Of a DNA stretch of 64,000 nt, positions 10,021 to 18,851 are shown one piece after another (positions within the stretch are counted from its first letter, which is position 1; the number at the start of each line of letters is the position of its first letter). Source of the stretch: Candidatus Bathyarchaeota archaeon (lineage in GTDB: Archaea; Thermoproteota; Bathyarchaeia; Bathyarchaeales; Bathycorpusculaceae). The notes beneath the pieces are model-generated. The model worked only from the letters and a program-made list of their open reading frames with translations, made no database searches and was not told the origin of the DNA. The DNA is taken from assembly GCA_963772455.1 (NCBI GenBank), contig CAVYXJ010000010.1, positions 128,001 to 192,000 of the forward strand, written 5' to 3'. A program made the translations under genes and the position numbers.

Positions 10021-12141
10021 ATGAGCTCAGCTAATGTTGGCTATCTATTAGGGAGAGTAGAGTGTTTGAACAAGAAAATTGTTTCCGTTTCCATCTTATT
10101 TCTTATGGCGTTTACTGTTGTGTTTGCGCCTCTTGACGTTTTAGCTCAGAATACAAACCTTGGGGTAAGTATTCTCCAAATAACTCCAAGTTCAGCTACT
10201 GGACCGGTTGGATCCAGTGTTAATGTTATTGGAACTGTCTATGTCTCTAATGGTTCTTATCAAATTGTTTTAGGTAGAACCGTAGTTAGCAGCGGTAAAG
10301 CGGACGGTTATTATGTTGATACAAACTTTACGGTTCCTGAGCTTCCCGTTGGGGCTTATGCGTTGACACTTACAGATTTGGGCATCAATGTTAACTCTAC
10401 TAAACAATTTACAGTGACTACTGGTTATGCGATAACTGCTGTTCCTTCATCTGTTCAGGAAGGAAGTGGTTTAACGTTAACTGTTAGTGTTACAGGGGCT
10501 CAGTCGGGACTCTCATACAGCGCAAACGTTGCTGTAGTTCTTCCAAATCCGCTGGGCACAGTTTACTCAAAAATAATTTCTTTAGGAACAATTAACCAAA
10601 AGGGAACAGCAAGTGCACAAACAACTTTTCCTGATTCCAACTTCAATCCTACAGGTTCAGTTTCCGATTACGCAGGAACTTATACTGCATACTTCAATCA
10701 ATCTCAAAATTTAGCGCAAACCACGTTTTCAATTAACTTCATCGATTCAACATCATATCATCGAGGTCAAACTGTATTGGTACACGCAACAGGCTATCAG
10801 CCAAACCAAGCAGCAACTCTGACCGTGATTAGTGCGGTTGGTTCAACAATTGGAACTGCTTCAGCAACAGCTTCAGCTAGCGGTTTAATCAGCACAAGCT
10901 GGATAGTTCCTGCGGATGCTCCTATTGGAGATTGCACAATAAGAATAACTGCTGATGGCATTCAGAAATCAATCCAGGATTCACAGACTTTCACAGTGAT
11001 TGGATACACTGTTAAAGTTCAAACAACTAATTTAGCTGGTCAAGTAGTAACTGATGTAGCACTTCATGCTGTTGACTCCTCAACAAACGTTGCCTATGAT
11101 GCTACAAGCGGTTCTGAAGGAACTGCAACTTTTAAACTTGAAAAAGGCACATATGCTATAACCGCTTCTTGGAATGGTGTTAACGTTGGAGAAACAACCA
11201 TTGTCGTTGGTGGAGACTCAACGTTCACTATCAAATGTCAATTATCTAACGTAAGGATAATTGTCAAAAGTTCAAATGGAATTGCAATGCCCTTTGTCAA
11301 CCTAAACATAGTGTACCATTACCAAAGCAACGGAGGATCAAAAACTGGCAGCATTTCAGGACTAACAGATACTTCAGGTAGCTTTACATTAAATTCAAGT
11401 TTGCCAAGTGCAACCTACACCATAGATGCTTCAATTTACAATCAAATTTTCAATGCAGGTAACAACACAGTAAATAATCTCCAGTCTCAGGCAACAGCGC
11501 AAATATTTATTATTTGTCCAAGCGAGACCGTAACATTCAATGTGGTCGGCAATAACCAAGAACCAATTCCTAATGCTCGCATTGAGCTAGTAGAGTTAAC
11601 AAATGGTTTGTTCTATTCAGCAATTACAGACAACACTGGTTCAGCGACTACCCAAGTTACATTTGGGATGTATCGAGCTAGAGTCTACAGGGACAGTACT
11701 CTCATCAACGAGACTAACGTGCAAATCTTTAGCAACAGCCAACAACAAATTAAATGCACATTATTTAGCATTCAACTTTCCGTGGCAGTTGTTGACTTCT
11801 TTGGCAATCCAATCTCAAACACCAACGTCACATTAAATGGACCTGAAAAAATCTCTCAAGTTACTCAAAGCGATGGAAAAGCAACCTTCAACAATATTAT
11901 TGGAGGCAATATACAGATAATTGCCCAAGCCTCTGGAACAAAAGACGCTTACCAAGCAATGACATTAACAGTTAATCAGCCAACTTCTGTGCAAATAAAA
12001 ATAGACAGGTATATTGCTTTAGGGCCAATGTTGATACCCGCAAGCGCGTTTATTGCTATTATGATTATACTTGTAGCGTTAGTCGTTTTTGCTCTGGTAG
12101 AAATCTTTAGACAAAGAGTTAATCATAGAGCTGCCACCTAA
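10021..12141 (+). CDS. Secreted, membrane-anchored Ig-like / carboxypeptidase-regulatory-like repeat surface protein
   Basis: N-terminal hydrophobic signal, S/T/G/N-rich beta repeats (TD..G.ATF), C-terminal TM helix with basic tail. Confidence 0.75.
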   Translation: MSSANVGYLLGRVECLNKKIVSVSILFLMAFTVVFAPLDVLAQNTNLGVSILQITPSSATGPVGSSVNVIGTVYVSNGSYQIVLGRTVVSSGKADGYYVDTNFTVPELPVGAYALTLTDLGINVNSTKQFTVTTGYAITAVPSSVQEGSGLTLTVSVTGAQSGLSYSANVAVVLPNPLGTVYSKIISLGTINQKGTASAQTTFPDSNFNPTGSVSDYAGTYTAYFNQSQNLAQTTFSINFIDSTSYHRGQTVLVHATGYQPNQAATLTVISAVGSTIGTASATASASGLISTSWIVPADAPIGDCTIRITADGIQKSIQDSQTFTVIGYTVKVQTTNLAGQVVTDVALHAVDSSTNVAYDATSGSEGTATFKLEKGTYAITASWNGVNVGETTIVVGGDSTFTIKCQLSNVRIIVKSSNGIAMPFVNLNIVYHYQSNGGSKTGSISGLTDTSGSFTLNSSLPSATYTIDASIYNQIFNAGNNTVNNLQSQATAQIFIICPSETVTFNVVGNNQEPIPNARIELVELTNGLFYSAITDNTGSATTQVTFGMYRARVYRDSTLINETNVQIFSNSQQQIKCTLFSIQLSVAVVDFFGNPISNTNVTLNGPEKISQVTQSDGKATFNNIIGGNIQIIAQASGTKDAYQAMTLTVNQPTSVQIKIDRYIALGPMLIPASAFIAIMIILVALVVFALVEIFRQRVNHRAAT

Positions 12142-12243
12142 ATTTTACCCTTTAATAGAAAAAAGTTTATATTGCATTCAAATTACTAAAGAAACTCTAA
12201 AGACTATCAAATAAACACATTTTAAATTGACAATTGAGGTGTA

Positions 12244-12534
12244 TTGTTGGCTCAATCAAAAGCTTGTTCTCCAGCGTGCCAATCTTTTAAATGCGCAAAA
12301 AATTCTCTGCTTTTTAGAAGGGATTCTATCTGGTGTAGAGAAACCGAGGAACAATGCAACGTTGCAAAATGTACTTATTCAATGTGCATGAAAAGACGTT
12401 TGTTGCCTGAAGCGATTTGCGGCGAAACCATCAAACGAAAGACTGTTGAGAAAGATGTTGATGATTTCTTTGACGACTCCGTGAAGCTTAAAGGAAAAGC
12501 GCTGCGTAAACTCGGAGACCAAGACTTCTATTAA
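12244..12534 (+). CDS. Small Cys-rich hypothetical protein
   Basis: 96 aa with eight Cys (CSPAC..FKC, WC....C....C....C...C); GAGGTG ribosome-binding site before TTG. Confidence 0.7.
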   Translation: MLAQSKACSPACQSFKCAKNSLLFRRDSIWCRETEEQCNVAKCTYSMCMKRRLLPEAICGETIKRKTVEKDVDDFFDDSVKLKGKALRKLGDQDFY

Positions 12535-12584
12535 AATAAAAGACTGAAACAAAAAATTGCTCGTGTAAAACGAGTCTTTCTTTT

Positions 12585-12746
12585 CTATTTTGATTTAACC
12601 CGTTTTACTACTGGCGGCTTAACCTTCTTGAGGATCCTATATCCACAGATGATGCATTTGGTTTCTCCGCCACGTAACTCTAATTCTTCAGATGGCACTC
12701 TTGAGCCACATCTCATGCATTCATAAACAATTCCAGATTTTTCCAT
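12585..12746 (-). CDS. rpoP: DNA-directed RNA polymerase subunit P (Rpo12)
   Basis: 53 aa MEKSGIVYECMRCG...KCIICGYRILKKVKPPVVKRVK; start trimmed from the track ORF to the ATG at 12746. Confidence 0.92.
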   Translation of the reverse strand: MEKSGIVYECMRCGSRVPSEELELRGGETKCIICGYRILKKVKPPVVKRVKSK

Positions 12747-12823
12747 TGAGAACGCCTGTCCTACAAAGAAAAGCATTTTACTTTTAAACATTTCCAATAG
12801 TTGGTGATAATGAGGATGGTTAG

Positions 12824-13685
12824 TTGAGAAAACGGCTTCGAGATAAGCTTTCAACAGCAATTCCATTTGAAGAATTAAATAAAGTTTACAATTCTTTCGA
12901 TGTTATAGGTGACATAGCAATCATTAAAATTAATACTCTTGAAAATGCACGAAGAAATAGCAAAGCAGATAATGGGTTCTCAGAGAAAAATTAAAACTGT
13001 TCTAACGCCAGCCACTTCTATCTCGGGAGATTTCAGAGTTAGAGAACTAAAACATTTGGCGGGTGAAAAAAAAACAATTACAATCCATAAAGAATCGGGG
13101 TGCACCTTCAAGGTTGATGTTGAAAAATGTTTTTTTTCACCTAGACTGTCTTTTGAACATTTACGAATTGCAAAGCTTGTTCAGTCTGGCGAGACAGTTG
13201 TTAATATGTTCGCTGGTATTGGTTGCTTTAGCATTATTATTGCCAAAACGGTAAACCAAACCAAGGTTTACTCAATTGATGTTAACCCCACCGCAATTCA
13301 ATGCATGGAAGAGAATGTTAGGATCAATCATGTTGATGGAGCTGTTTTTCCAATACTAGGTGATGCAAAAGACGTTATTAATTCTAAACTAAAAGGAGTA
13401 GCTGACCGAGTTCTTATGCCCTTGCCAGAAATAGCCCTCGAATACCTACAATTCTCACTTTCGGCCCTCAAACCAACTGGCGGGTGGATTCACTATTACG
13501 ATTTTCAACATGCACCTGGAAAGGAAAATCCCACAGAAAAAACTAAACTGAAGGTTGCTGAAAAACTCGAATGTTTAGGTGTAAATTATTTTTTTCCTAA
13601 TTCGAGGGTTATGCGGCCTACTGGTCCAAACTGGTATCAAACAGTCCTGGACATAAAGATAGAAGGGTTGCCTAACAAGTTTTAA
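12824..13685 (+). CDS. Trm5/TYW2-family SAM-dependent tRNA methyltransferase, +1 frameshift near 12950
   Basis: Frame from TTG 12824 gives MRKRLRDKL...SFDVIGDIAIIKINTLENA; after one extra C it continues EEIAKQIM...; motifs FFSPRL, NMFAGIG.F, DVNP, DRVLMPLP. Confidence 0.85.
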
Positions 13686-13721
13686 TAACTCAACGTCAAC
13701 TATCTATTTCGTGGTATTCGC

Positions 13722-13991
13722 ATGAAACGAAAATTAATGGAAATCCTTGCTTGCCCCATAGATAAGTACCATCCTTTGGAGCTTCATGTTTTTGAAGAAA
13801 AAGACGAAATAGTGGAAGGATTAATCGTTTGCCCAAAATGCCTGCGGTGGTACCCAATTCGCGACGAAATCCCAGAAATGCTACCTGATGAGTTACGCAA
13901 AGAAGCTGAAGATTTACCATTCTTGAAGAAGTGGAAGGAAAAAGCACCTCAAAAAATCGTATCTGAAGGCAAGCCCTTCAACTTAAAATAA
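13722..13991 (+). CDS. Trm112-family methyltransferase activator
   Basis: LMEILACPIDK..PL, EG.IVCPKC.RWYPIRDEIPEML. Confidence 0.9.
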   Translation: MKRKLMEILACPIDKYHPLELHVFEEKDEIVEGLIVCPKCLRWYPIRDEIPEMLPDELRKEAEDLPFLKKWKEKAPQKIVSEGKPFNLK

Positions 13992-13996
13992 ATTCC

Positions 13997-14947
13997 TTAA
14001 TTTTTTAATTGTATTGACTTATTTTTTGCTGAAGACTGCATTGCGGCTGTAGCGACTTTCAGAGCTCTCACGCCATCCTCGCCTGTTACAAGAGGCTTCT
14101 TCTTCTCCACTATACAATCAACGAAATGTTGGAGTTCAGCTTTCAAAGGTTCTTGGAATGGATATCTGGGTTGAACCGATTCTTTTTGTTGCTCAATCCA
14201 TAAATCTTGAGTTATATAATCCAGACGCATTATAGCGTCGCTCCCCGTTACAGTTAAGGTCCGTGTTTTGTAGGGAGTAAGCCAATTGGATTCTATAAAT
14301 GCACTTTTACCATCTTTGTAAGTGAGCATTATGTGGGCGTAATCTTCGAATTTCTTGATTCGCATACTTCCCATATTGGCGTAAACCGAGATTGGGTCCT
14401 CATTGTAAATAAAGCGCATGACATCAATGTCATGTATGGCGGTATCTTTGACTACGCCTACATCGCCTATACGTTCTGGCCACTGTGAAACGCGTTTGGC
14501 GGTTGCACATACAAGCTCTCCAATTTTCTTATTTTCAACCGATTGACGAATACTTTGCAAGCCAGGTATGAACCGCATTAAAAACCCAACTGTCAAATGT
14601 AGACCGTTCTCATGCGCTGTTTGTACCAGTTTCTGGGCTTGTTGGGTGTTAGTTGCCATAGGTTTCTCGACCAAAACGTGTTTTCCAGCATTAAGGGCTT
14701 TCAATGCTTCTTTTGCCAGAATTGTAGACCAAGTACACACGTTTACTGCTTCAATAGATTTGTCTTTTAACATTTGTGAACTGTCAGAGTAAGCTTTTAC
14801 TCCATATTGAGCTGCCATAGCTTTGGCTCTTTCAGCGTTAACATCACATATTGCAACGAGTTCTGTTGAGGGGAGTTCTTTGTAGACTCGTGCATGGTTT
14901 TTTCCCCATTGCCCTGTTCCGATTACAGCTACGCCAAGTTTCTTCAA
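13997..14947 (-). CDS. Gfo/Idh/MocA oxidoreductase (UDP-sugar 3-dehydrogenase-like)
   Basis: IGTGQWG, HVLVEKP, DTAIHDID, NWLTPYK.R. Confidence 0.88.
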   Translation of the reverse strand: MKKLGVAVIGTGQWGKNHARVYKELPSTELVAICDVNAERAKAMAAQYGVKAYSDSSQMLKDKSIEAVNVCTWSTILAKEALKALNAGKHVLVEKPMATNTQQAQKLVQTAHENGLHLTVGFLMRFIPGLQSIRQSVENKKIGELVCATAKRVSQWPERIGDVGVVKDTAIHDIDVMRFIYNEDPISVYANMGSMRIKKFEDYAHIMLTYKDGKSAFIESNWLTPYKTRTLTVTGSDAIMRLDYITQDLWIEQQKESVQPRYPFQEPLKAELQHFVDCIVEKKKPLVTGEDGVRALKVATAAMQSSAKNKSIQLKN

Positions 14948-16272
14948 TTCTTATCAGTTCCTCTACCTAAGCCACAGTATATGAAGCCTTCTGCCTCAAC
15001 CTTTGAGGGTTCAAAAATACCTATTAAATCTACAATAACTGCAGGTGTTTTCATTAGGGCTTTTAATTTTTTCAAGTTTAAGTTTCTAAATTGTTCTTGC
15101 CCTGTCAATATTACAATGCAGTCTGTACCTTCTACTGCCTCGTTGAGGCTGGTTTTTACTACGCACCAATCTTGTGGTCCCATTTTAGAAATGGGGTCGT
15201 AGAGGTTAGGTTTGGCTCCTTTTTGTTCTATCATTTTGACAAAAATACCTGTAGCCGAAGCAGGGTTAGCTGTACCTAAAACCGCAATTTTGGCTCTTCT
15301 CAATGGTTTGCCTCCGCTTCTTAAAGAATCCTGAGTTAAACTAACCGCATGTTTAACCATATCCTCATTTATCTGCCTAGCCAATGATGGGAGTTTGAGT
15401 TTAACATTCAAGTTTTCGGCGCTATCAAGCAGCAGATAAGCTTCATTCCTGTTTTCTTCTTCAACTATTGTAGGCCAAAAACTTGGGTCATCGAGTTCGA
15501 GTAGTTTTAGAATTTTAAAGTAATCTGTGTTTGCGATTTCACAAAAAACTGATAGCTCGTTAGCAAGGGCACGATTTGCATCTTGTTTTGCCACGTTGAA
15601 AAGTATGGCTGTCTCAGCCATTTTTAAGTCGTTGATTTCTTTCACTTTCTTTGTTATTGTTTTCAGAATGGTTGAGGCTGAGTTTAGGCTTTTTTGGTCG
15701 GCAGCTGCAATCTTTAATTCTAAGTTTGTAATTGAGCTGTCCGCTGAAAGAATTGGGTTATAGACTAAACCAAAATCTTGTCCCGACTTAAGACCAGATG
15801 TATTTTCAAGTGTTTCTTTCACTGTACCTTCGGTAAAACCGATCCCCGCAATACCTCCATAAATTACCAATGAGCCTTTTTGAAGTGCTGAACCAATCTC
15901 TTTGCAGGCGCTTTCTATTTGGGAGTAGTCTGTTTTTTTCTTTTCATCAACCTTTGCTCCAATTGCTATGATGATGACTTGACTTTGAGAAACAGTTTTT
16001 TTTCGTTCATTACTGACGATGATTTGTCCTGAATTTAGAAAGCTCTTGAGTTTAGCTTCAACTTGCTGTAGTGAACCAGGTGTTTTTCCCTTTGCTACTT
16101 TTTTTATTACTGTTGGGTCAGCATCCGTGCAGATAACCCTAAAGCCTGCTTCGGCAAATGCGTTGGCGTAAAGAATTCCTTTTTGCCCGCATCCGATAAC
16201 GCACACAGTGAATTTTGAGCGTTTTTCATTGTTGTCTACCTCTTCGGGTTTAAGGTTTAAAACTGCGGACAT
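14944..16272 (-). CDS. UDP-glucose/GDP-mannose dehydrogenase-family protein with degenerate active site
   Basis: Rossmann VCVIGCGQKG, SGL..G.DFGLVYNP, ALANEL, ARQINE.M, C-terminal domain; start moved to ATG 16272 (MSAVLNLKPEE) to avoid overlap with glmM. Confidence 0.8.
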   Translation of the reverse strand: MSAVLNLKPEEVDNNEKRSKFTVCVIGCGQKGILYANAFAEAGFRVICTDADPTVIKKVAKGKTPGSLQQVEAKLKSFLNSGQIIVSNERKKTVSQSQVIIIAIGAKVDEKKKTDYSQIESACKEIGSALQKGSLVIYGGIAGIGFTEGTVKETLENTSGLKSGQDFGLVYNPILSADSSITNLELKIAAADQKSLNSASTILKTITKKVKEINDLKMAETAILFNVAKQDANRALANELSVFCEIANTDYFKILKLLELDDPSFWPTIVEEENRNEAYLLLDSAENLNVKLKLPSLARQINEDMVKHAVSLTQDSLRSGGKPLRRAKIAVLGTANPASATGIFVKMIEQKGAKPNLYDPISKMGPQDWCVVKTSLNEAVEGTDCIVILTGQEQFRNLNLKKLKALMKTPAVIVDLIGIFEPSKVEAEGFIYCGLGRGTDKN

Positions 16273-16309
16273 TGACTGGTTTTCTCCGAAGCTTTGTTTT
16301 TTAAGGTGG

Positions 16310-17680
16310 TTATATTTTTTCCAAGATTTTTTTGAGCTTTGCGGTATAGTTTTCAACTAGTTTTAGCGCTGTTTCTTGGTTTTTCGCCTCAGCGTATAAC
16401 CTGAAAACTGGTTCCGTTCCGCTAGGTCGAATCAAAATTGCACTACTATCGCTAAACCAGATTTTTACGCCGTCAATGGTGCTTACATTTTCGTTCTTAA
16501 CTTGTTCAAAGATTTCTTGTTGCAAAAGATCTTTTTTGTTATCTGGACATTCGATTTTTGCTTTCTCAATGAAATACAGCGGTTGTTCAGCTACGAGTTG
16601 AGAAAGTGATTGTCCCGTTTCAGCCATAATGTTGAGCAGCAGCACAGTTGTCATTGCTCCGTCACGAACTGCTTGGTGTGGACCATAGAATACTCCACCG
16701 TTCTCTTCCCCGCCCAAATTGGCGTTTACCTCTTTCATTTTTTGGGAAACTGTGACGCTTCCAACTTTTGTCCAAATTAATTCGCCTTTGTAAGTTTCAA
16801 CAGTGTCTTTGATTAGGGTTGATGAGCTTACTGGTGTTACTATTTTTGCGCCTGGGTTTTTTTGTAGGTAGTTTTTGATGATTACTGCGAAAGTTTTGTC
16901 TCCCCAGTAAATCACGCCGTTTGCGTCAACAAAGATTGAGCGGTCAGCGTCTCCGTCAAAAGCGACTCCCATATGTGCCCCGATCGCTTTCACAGTGGAG
17001 GACAACACGCCTAAGCTTTCTGGTCTTGGCTCTGGCATTCTACCAGGGAAAGTGCCGTCGATGTTAGCGTTGATGCTGGTTATTTTGCAGCCGAGTTCCC
17101 TTAGTAACGACGGTGCTGTGAGTCCACCTACACTGTTGGCGGCGTCCACGACAACGTGAAAGTGTTGATTGGCTATTGTTGTTTTGTTAACGTGTTTTTT
17201 GATAGCTTGGATATATTCATCATTTATTCCGGGCAACTCACGTTTTGCCCCCAGTTTATCCCATGATGCATAGACGATTTTGTTATCAAAGTAAATGTTC
17301 TCAATCTCAACCTCTTGTTCGTGTGAGGTTTCGATGCCGTCGCTCCAGATTACTTTGATTCCGTTGTATTCTGGCGGGTTATGGGAAGCTGTGATTATTA
17401 CTCCGCCATCCATCTTGTGATTCTTAACTGCAAATTGTAAAGAGGGTGTTGGTGCCATTCCTGCAAAAAACACGTTGCATCCAGCAGCTGTCAATCCAGC
17501 AATTACTGCTTTAGCAAACATAGGACCGCTTGTTCTAGCATCATATCCTAAAAGTAAATTCTTTTCTTTTCCGAAGAAGGTTCCAATTGAGGCTCCGACT
17601 TTAATAGCCATTTCAGGAGTCAACTCAACGTTGACAAGGCCGCGGATGCCGTTTGTTCCAAAAAGTTTTCGTGTGCTCAT
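16310..17680 (-). CDS. glmM: Phosphoglucosamine mutase / PMM-PGM family
   Basis: LFGTNGIRG, ITASHNP phosphoserine motif, FDGDADR, GEENG, RPSGTEP. Confidence 0.88.
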   Translation of the reverse strand: MSTRKLFGTNGIRGLVNVELTPEMAIKVGASIGTFFGKEKNLLLGYDARTSGPMFAKAVIAGLTAAGCNVFFAGMAPTPSLQFAVKNHKMDGGVIITASHNPPEYNGIKVIWSDGIETSHEQEVEIENIYFDNKIVYASWDKLGAKRELPGINDEYIQAIKKHVNKTTIANQHFHVVVDAANSVGGLTAPSLLRELGCKITSINANIDGTFPGRMPEPRPESLGVLSSTVKAIGAHMGVAFDGDADRSIFVDANGVIYWGDKTFAVIIKNYLQKNPGAKIVTPVSSSTLIKDTVETYKGELIWTKVGSVTVSQKMKEVNANLGGEENGGVFYGPHQAVRDGAMTTVLLLNIMAETGQSLSQLVAEQPLYFIEKAKIECPDNKKDLLQQEIFEQVKNENVSTIDGVKIWFSDSSAILIRPSGTEPVFRLYAEAKNQETALKLVENYTAKLKKILEKI

Positions 17681-17723
17681 GTAAATTCAACTCTGCGTAG
17701 CTATTAACAGTTGAGTTTAGGTT

Positions 17724-18785
17724 TTAAAATGTTTCAGTTACTTCCTTTGCTGGACATACCACTTGACCATCATGCATATTAATGCTGTCTTTAACCTTGG
17801 CGAGGTCGCCTACTACACATCCTTTTGGAAGTTTAACGCCCTTGCCTATTTTTGCTCCTTCTCCAACGATAGCTCCGTTGAGGATGGCGCCGTCAGCTAT
17901 GTGGGCTTCTGCGAAAATAACTGAATTTGAGATTTGTACATTTTCCCCGACTTTGACATTTTTACCCAGGATTGCGTATGGTCCGATCACGGAGTTTTCA
18001 CCAACAACGACTCCTGTATCCAAAGCCACAGGGTTTTTTATATAAGGTTCAACGTTCTTATTTTTGGCGTTTTTTGCTAGAGAATCGAGGACTGCCTTGT
18101 TTGCTTCCAAAAACTCATAGGGCTTACCAATATCAATCCATAACCCATCGATACAATGACCACATAGTTTGCCTTCCGCCGCCAATTTTGGGAAGACTTC
18201 GCGCTCAATAGAAACCGGTTTTCCTTCAGGAATGTATGTGAACACTTCGGGGCTTAGAACGTAAGCACCAGCATTTATTTGGTTACTTGGAGCTTTCCCC
18301 TTGGGTGGTTTCTCTACAAAACGTTTGATTACAGTTCCGTCTATGTCTGCAACTCCAAAACTGCATGGATCCTCGACTTTGCATAGCGCAATTGTTGCTA
18401 ATGCACCAGATTTTTTATGCGCTTCAAGCAGTTCTTGGTAGTTAATGTCAGCGTATATGTCGCCGTTCAACATGATAAACGGCTCATTGTGCCCAATTAG
18501 ATTCTCTGCCTTCTTTAGTGCTCCTCCTGTTCCAAGAGGCATTTTTGGTGGATCAACTGAAAATCGGACTCTTAAGCCGCATTTTGAAGGTTTGTGTTGC
18601 CGGATGTAGAATTGAGTTAAGGCATTTACTGCGAGAATTGCTTCGTCTACTCCGCCCTTGGCTAATCGCTCAAAAATCCATTGCAGTAGTGGTTTGTTCA
18701 CTATTGGGAAGAGAGTTTTAGGTCTCGAGCAACTTAGTGGACGAAGTCTTGTGGCGAAACCGCCTGCTAAAATCAATGCTTTCAG
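17724..18785 (-). CDS. NDP-sugar pyrophosphorylase (mannose-1-phosphate guanylyltransferase-like)
   Basis: LAGGFATRLRPL...PK, LGTGG, NGD, FVEKP, WIDIG, C-terminal hexapeptide repeats; probable CTG start at 18785. Confidence 0.9.
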   Translation of the reverse strand: MKALILAGGFATRLRPLSCSRPKTLFPIVNKPLLQWIFERLAKGGVDEAILAVNALTQFYIRQHKPSKCGLRVRFSVDPPKMPLGTGGALKKAENLIGHNEPFIMLNGDIYADINYQELLEAHKKSGALATIALCKVEDPCSFGVADIDGTVIKRFVEKPPKGKAPSNQINAGAYVLSPEVFTYIPEGKPVSIEREVFPKLAAEGKLCGHCIDGLWIDIGKPYEFLEANKAVLDSLAKNAKNKNVEPYIKNPVALDTGVVVGENSVIGPYAILGKNVKVGENVQISNSVIFAEAHIADGAILNGAIVGEGAKIGKGVKLPKGCVVGDLAKVKDSINMHDGQVVCPAKEVTETF

Positions 18786-18851
18786 AGGTGTCACCTTGGG
18801 TATGAAGTAACCTATTGGCACGTTTTCATATAAACAATTATGGGCGTTTAA

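Noticed and set aside
12747-12866. Long N-terminal extension of the RpoP ORF in the track
   Set aside because: Overlaps the true 5' end of the divergent Trm5-family gene; Rpo12 homology begins at the ATG at 12746
16273-16356. Track start of the sugar dehydrogenase inside glmM
   Set aside because: Overlaps the glmM 3' end; the ATG at 16272 has a GGAGA ribosome-binding site upstream
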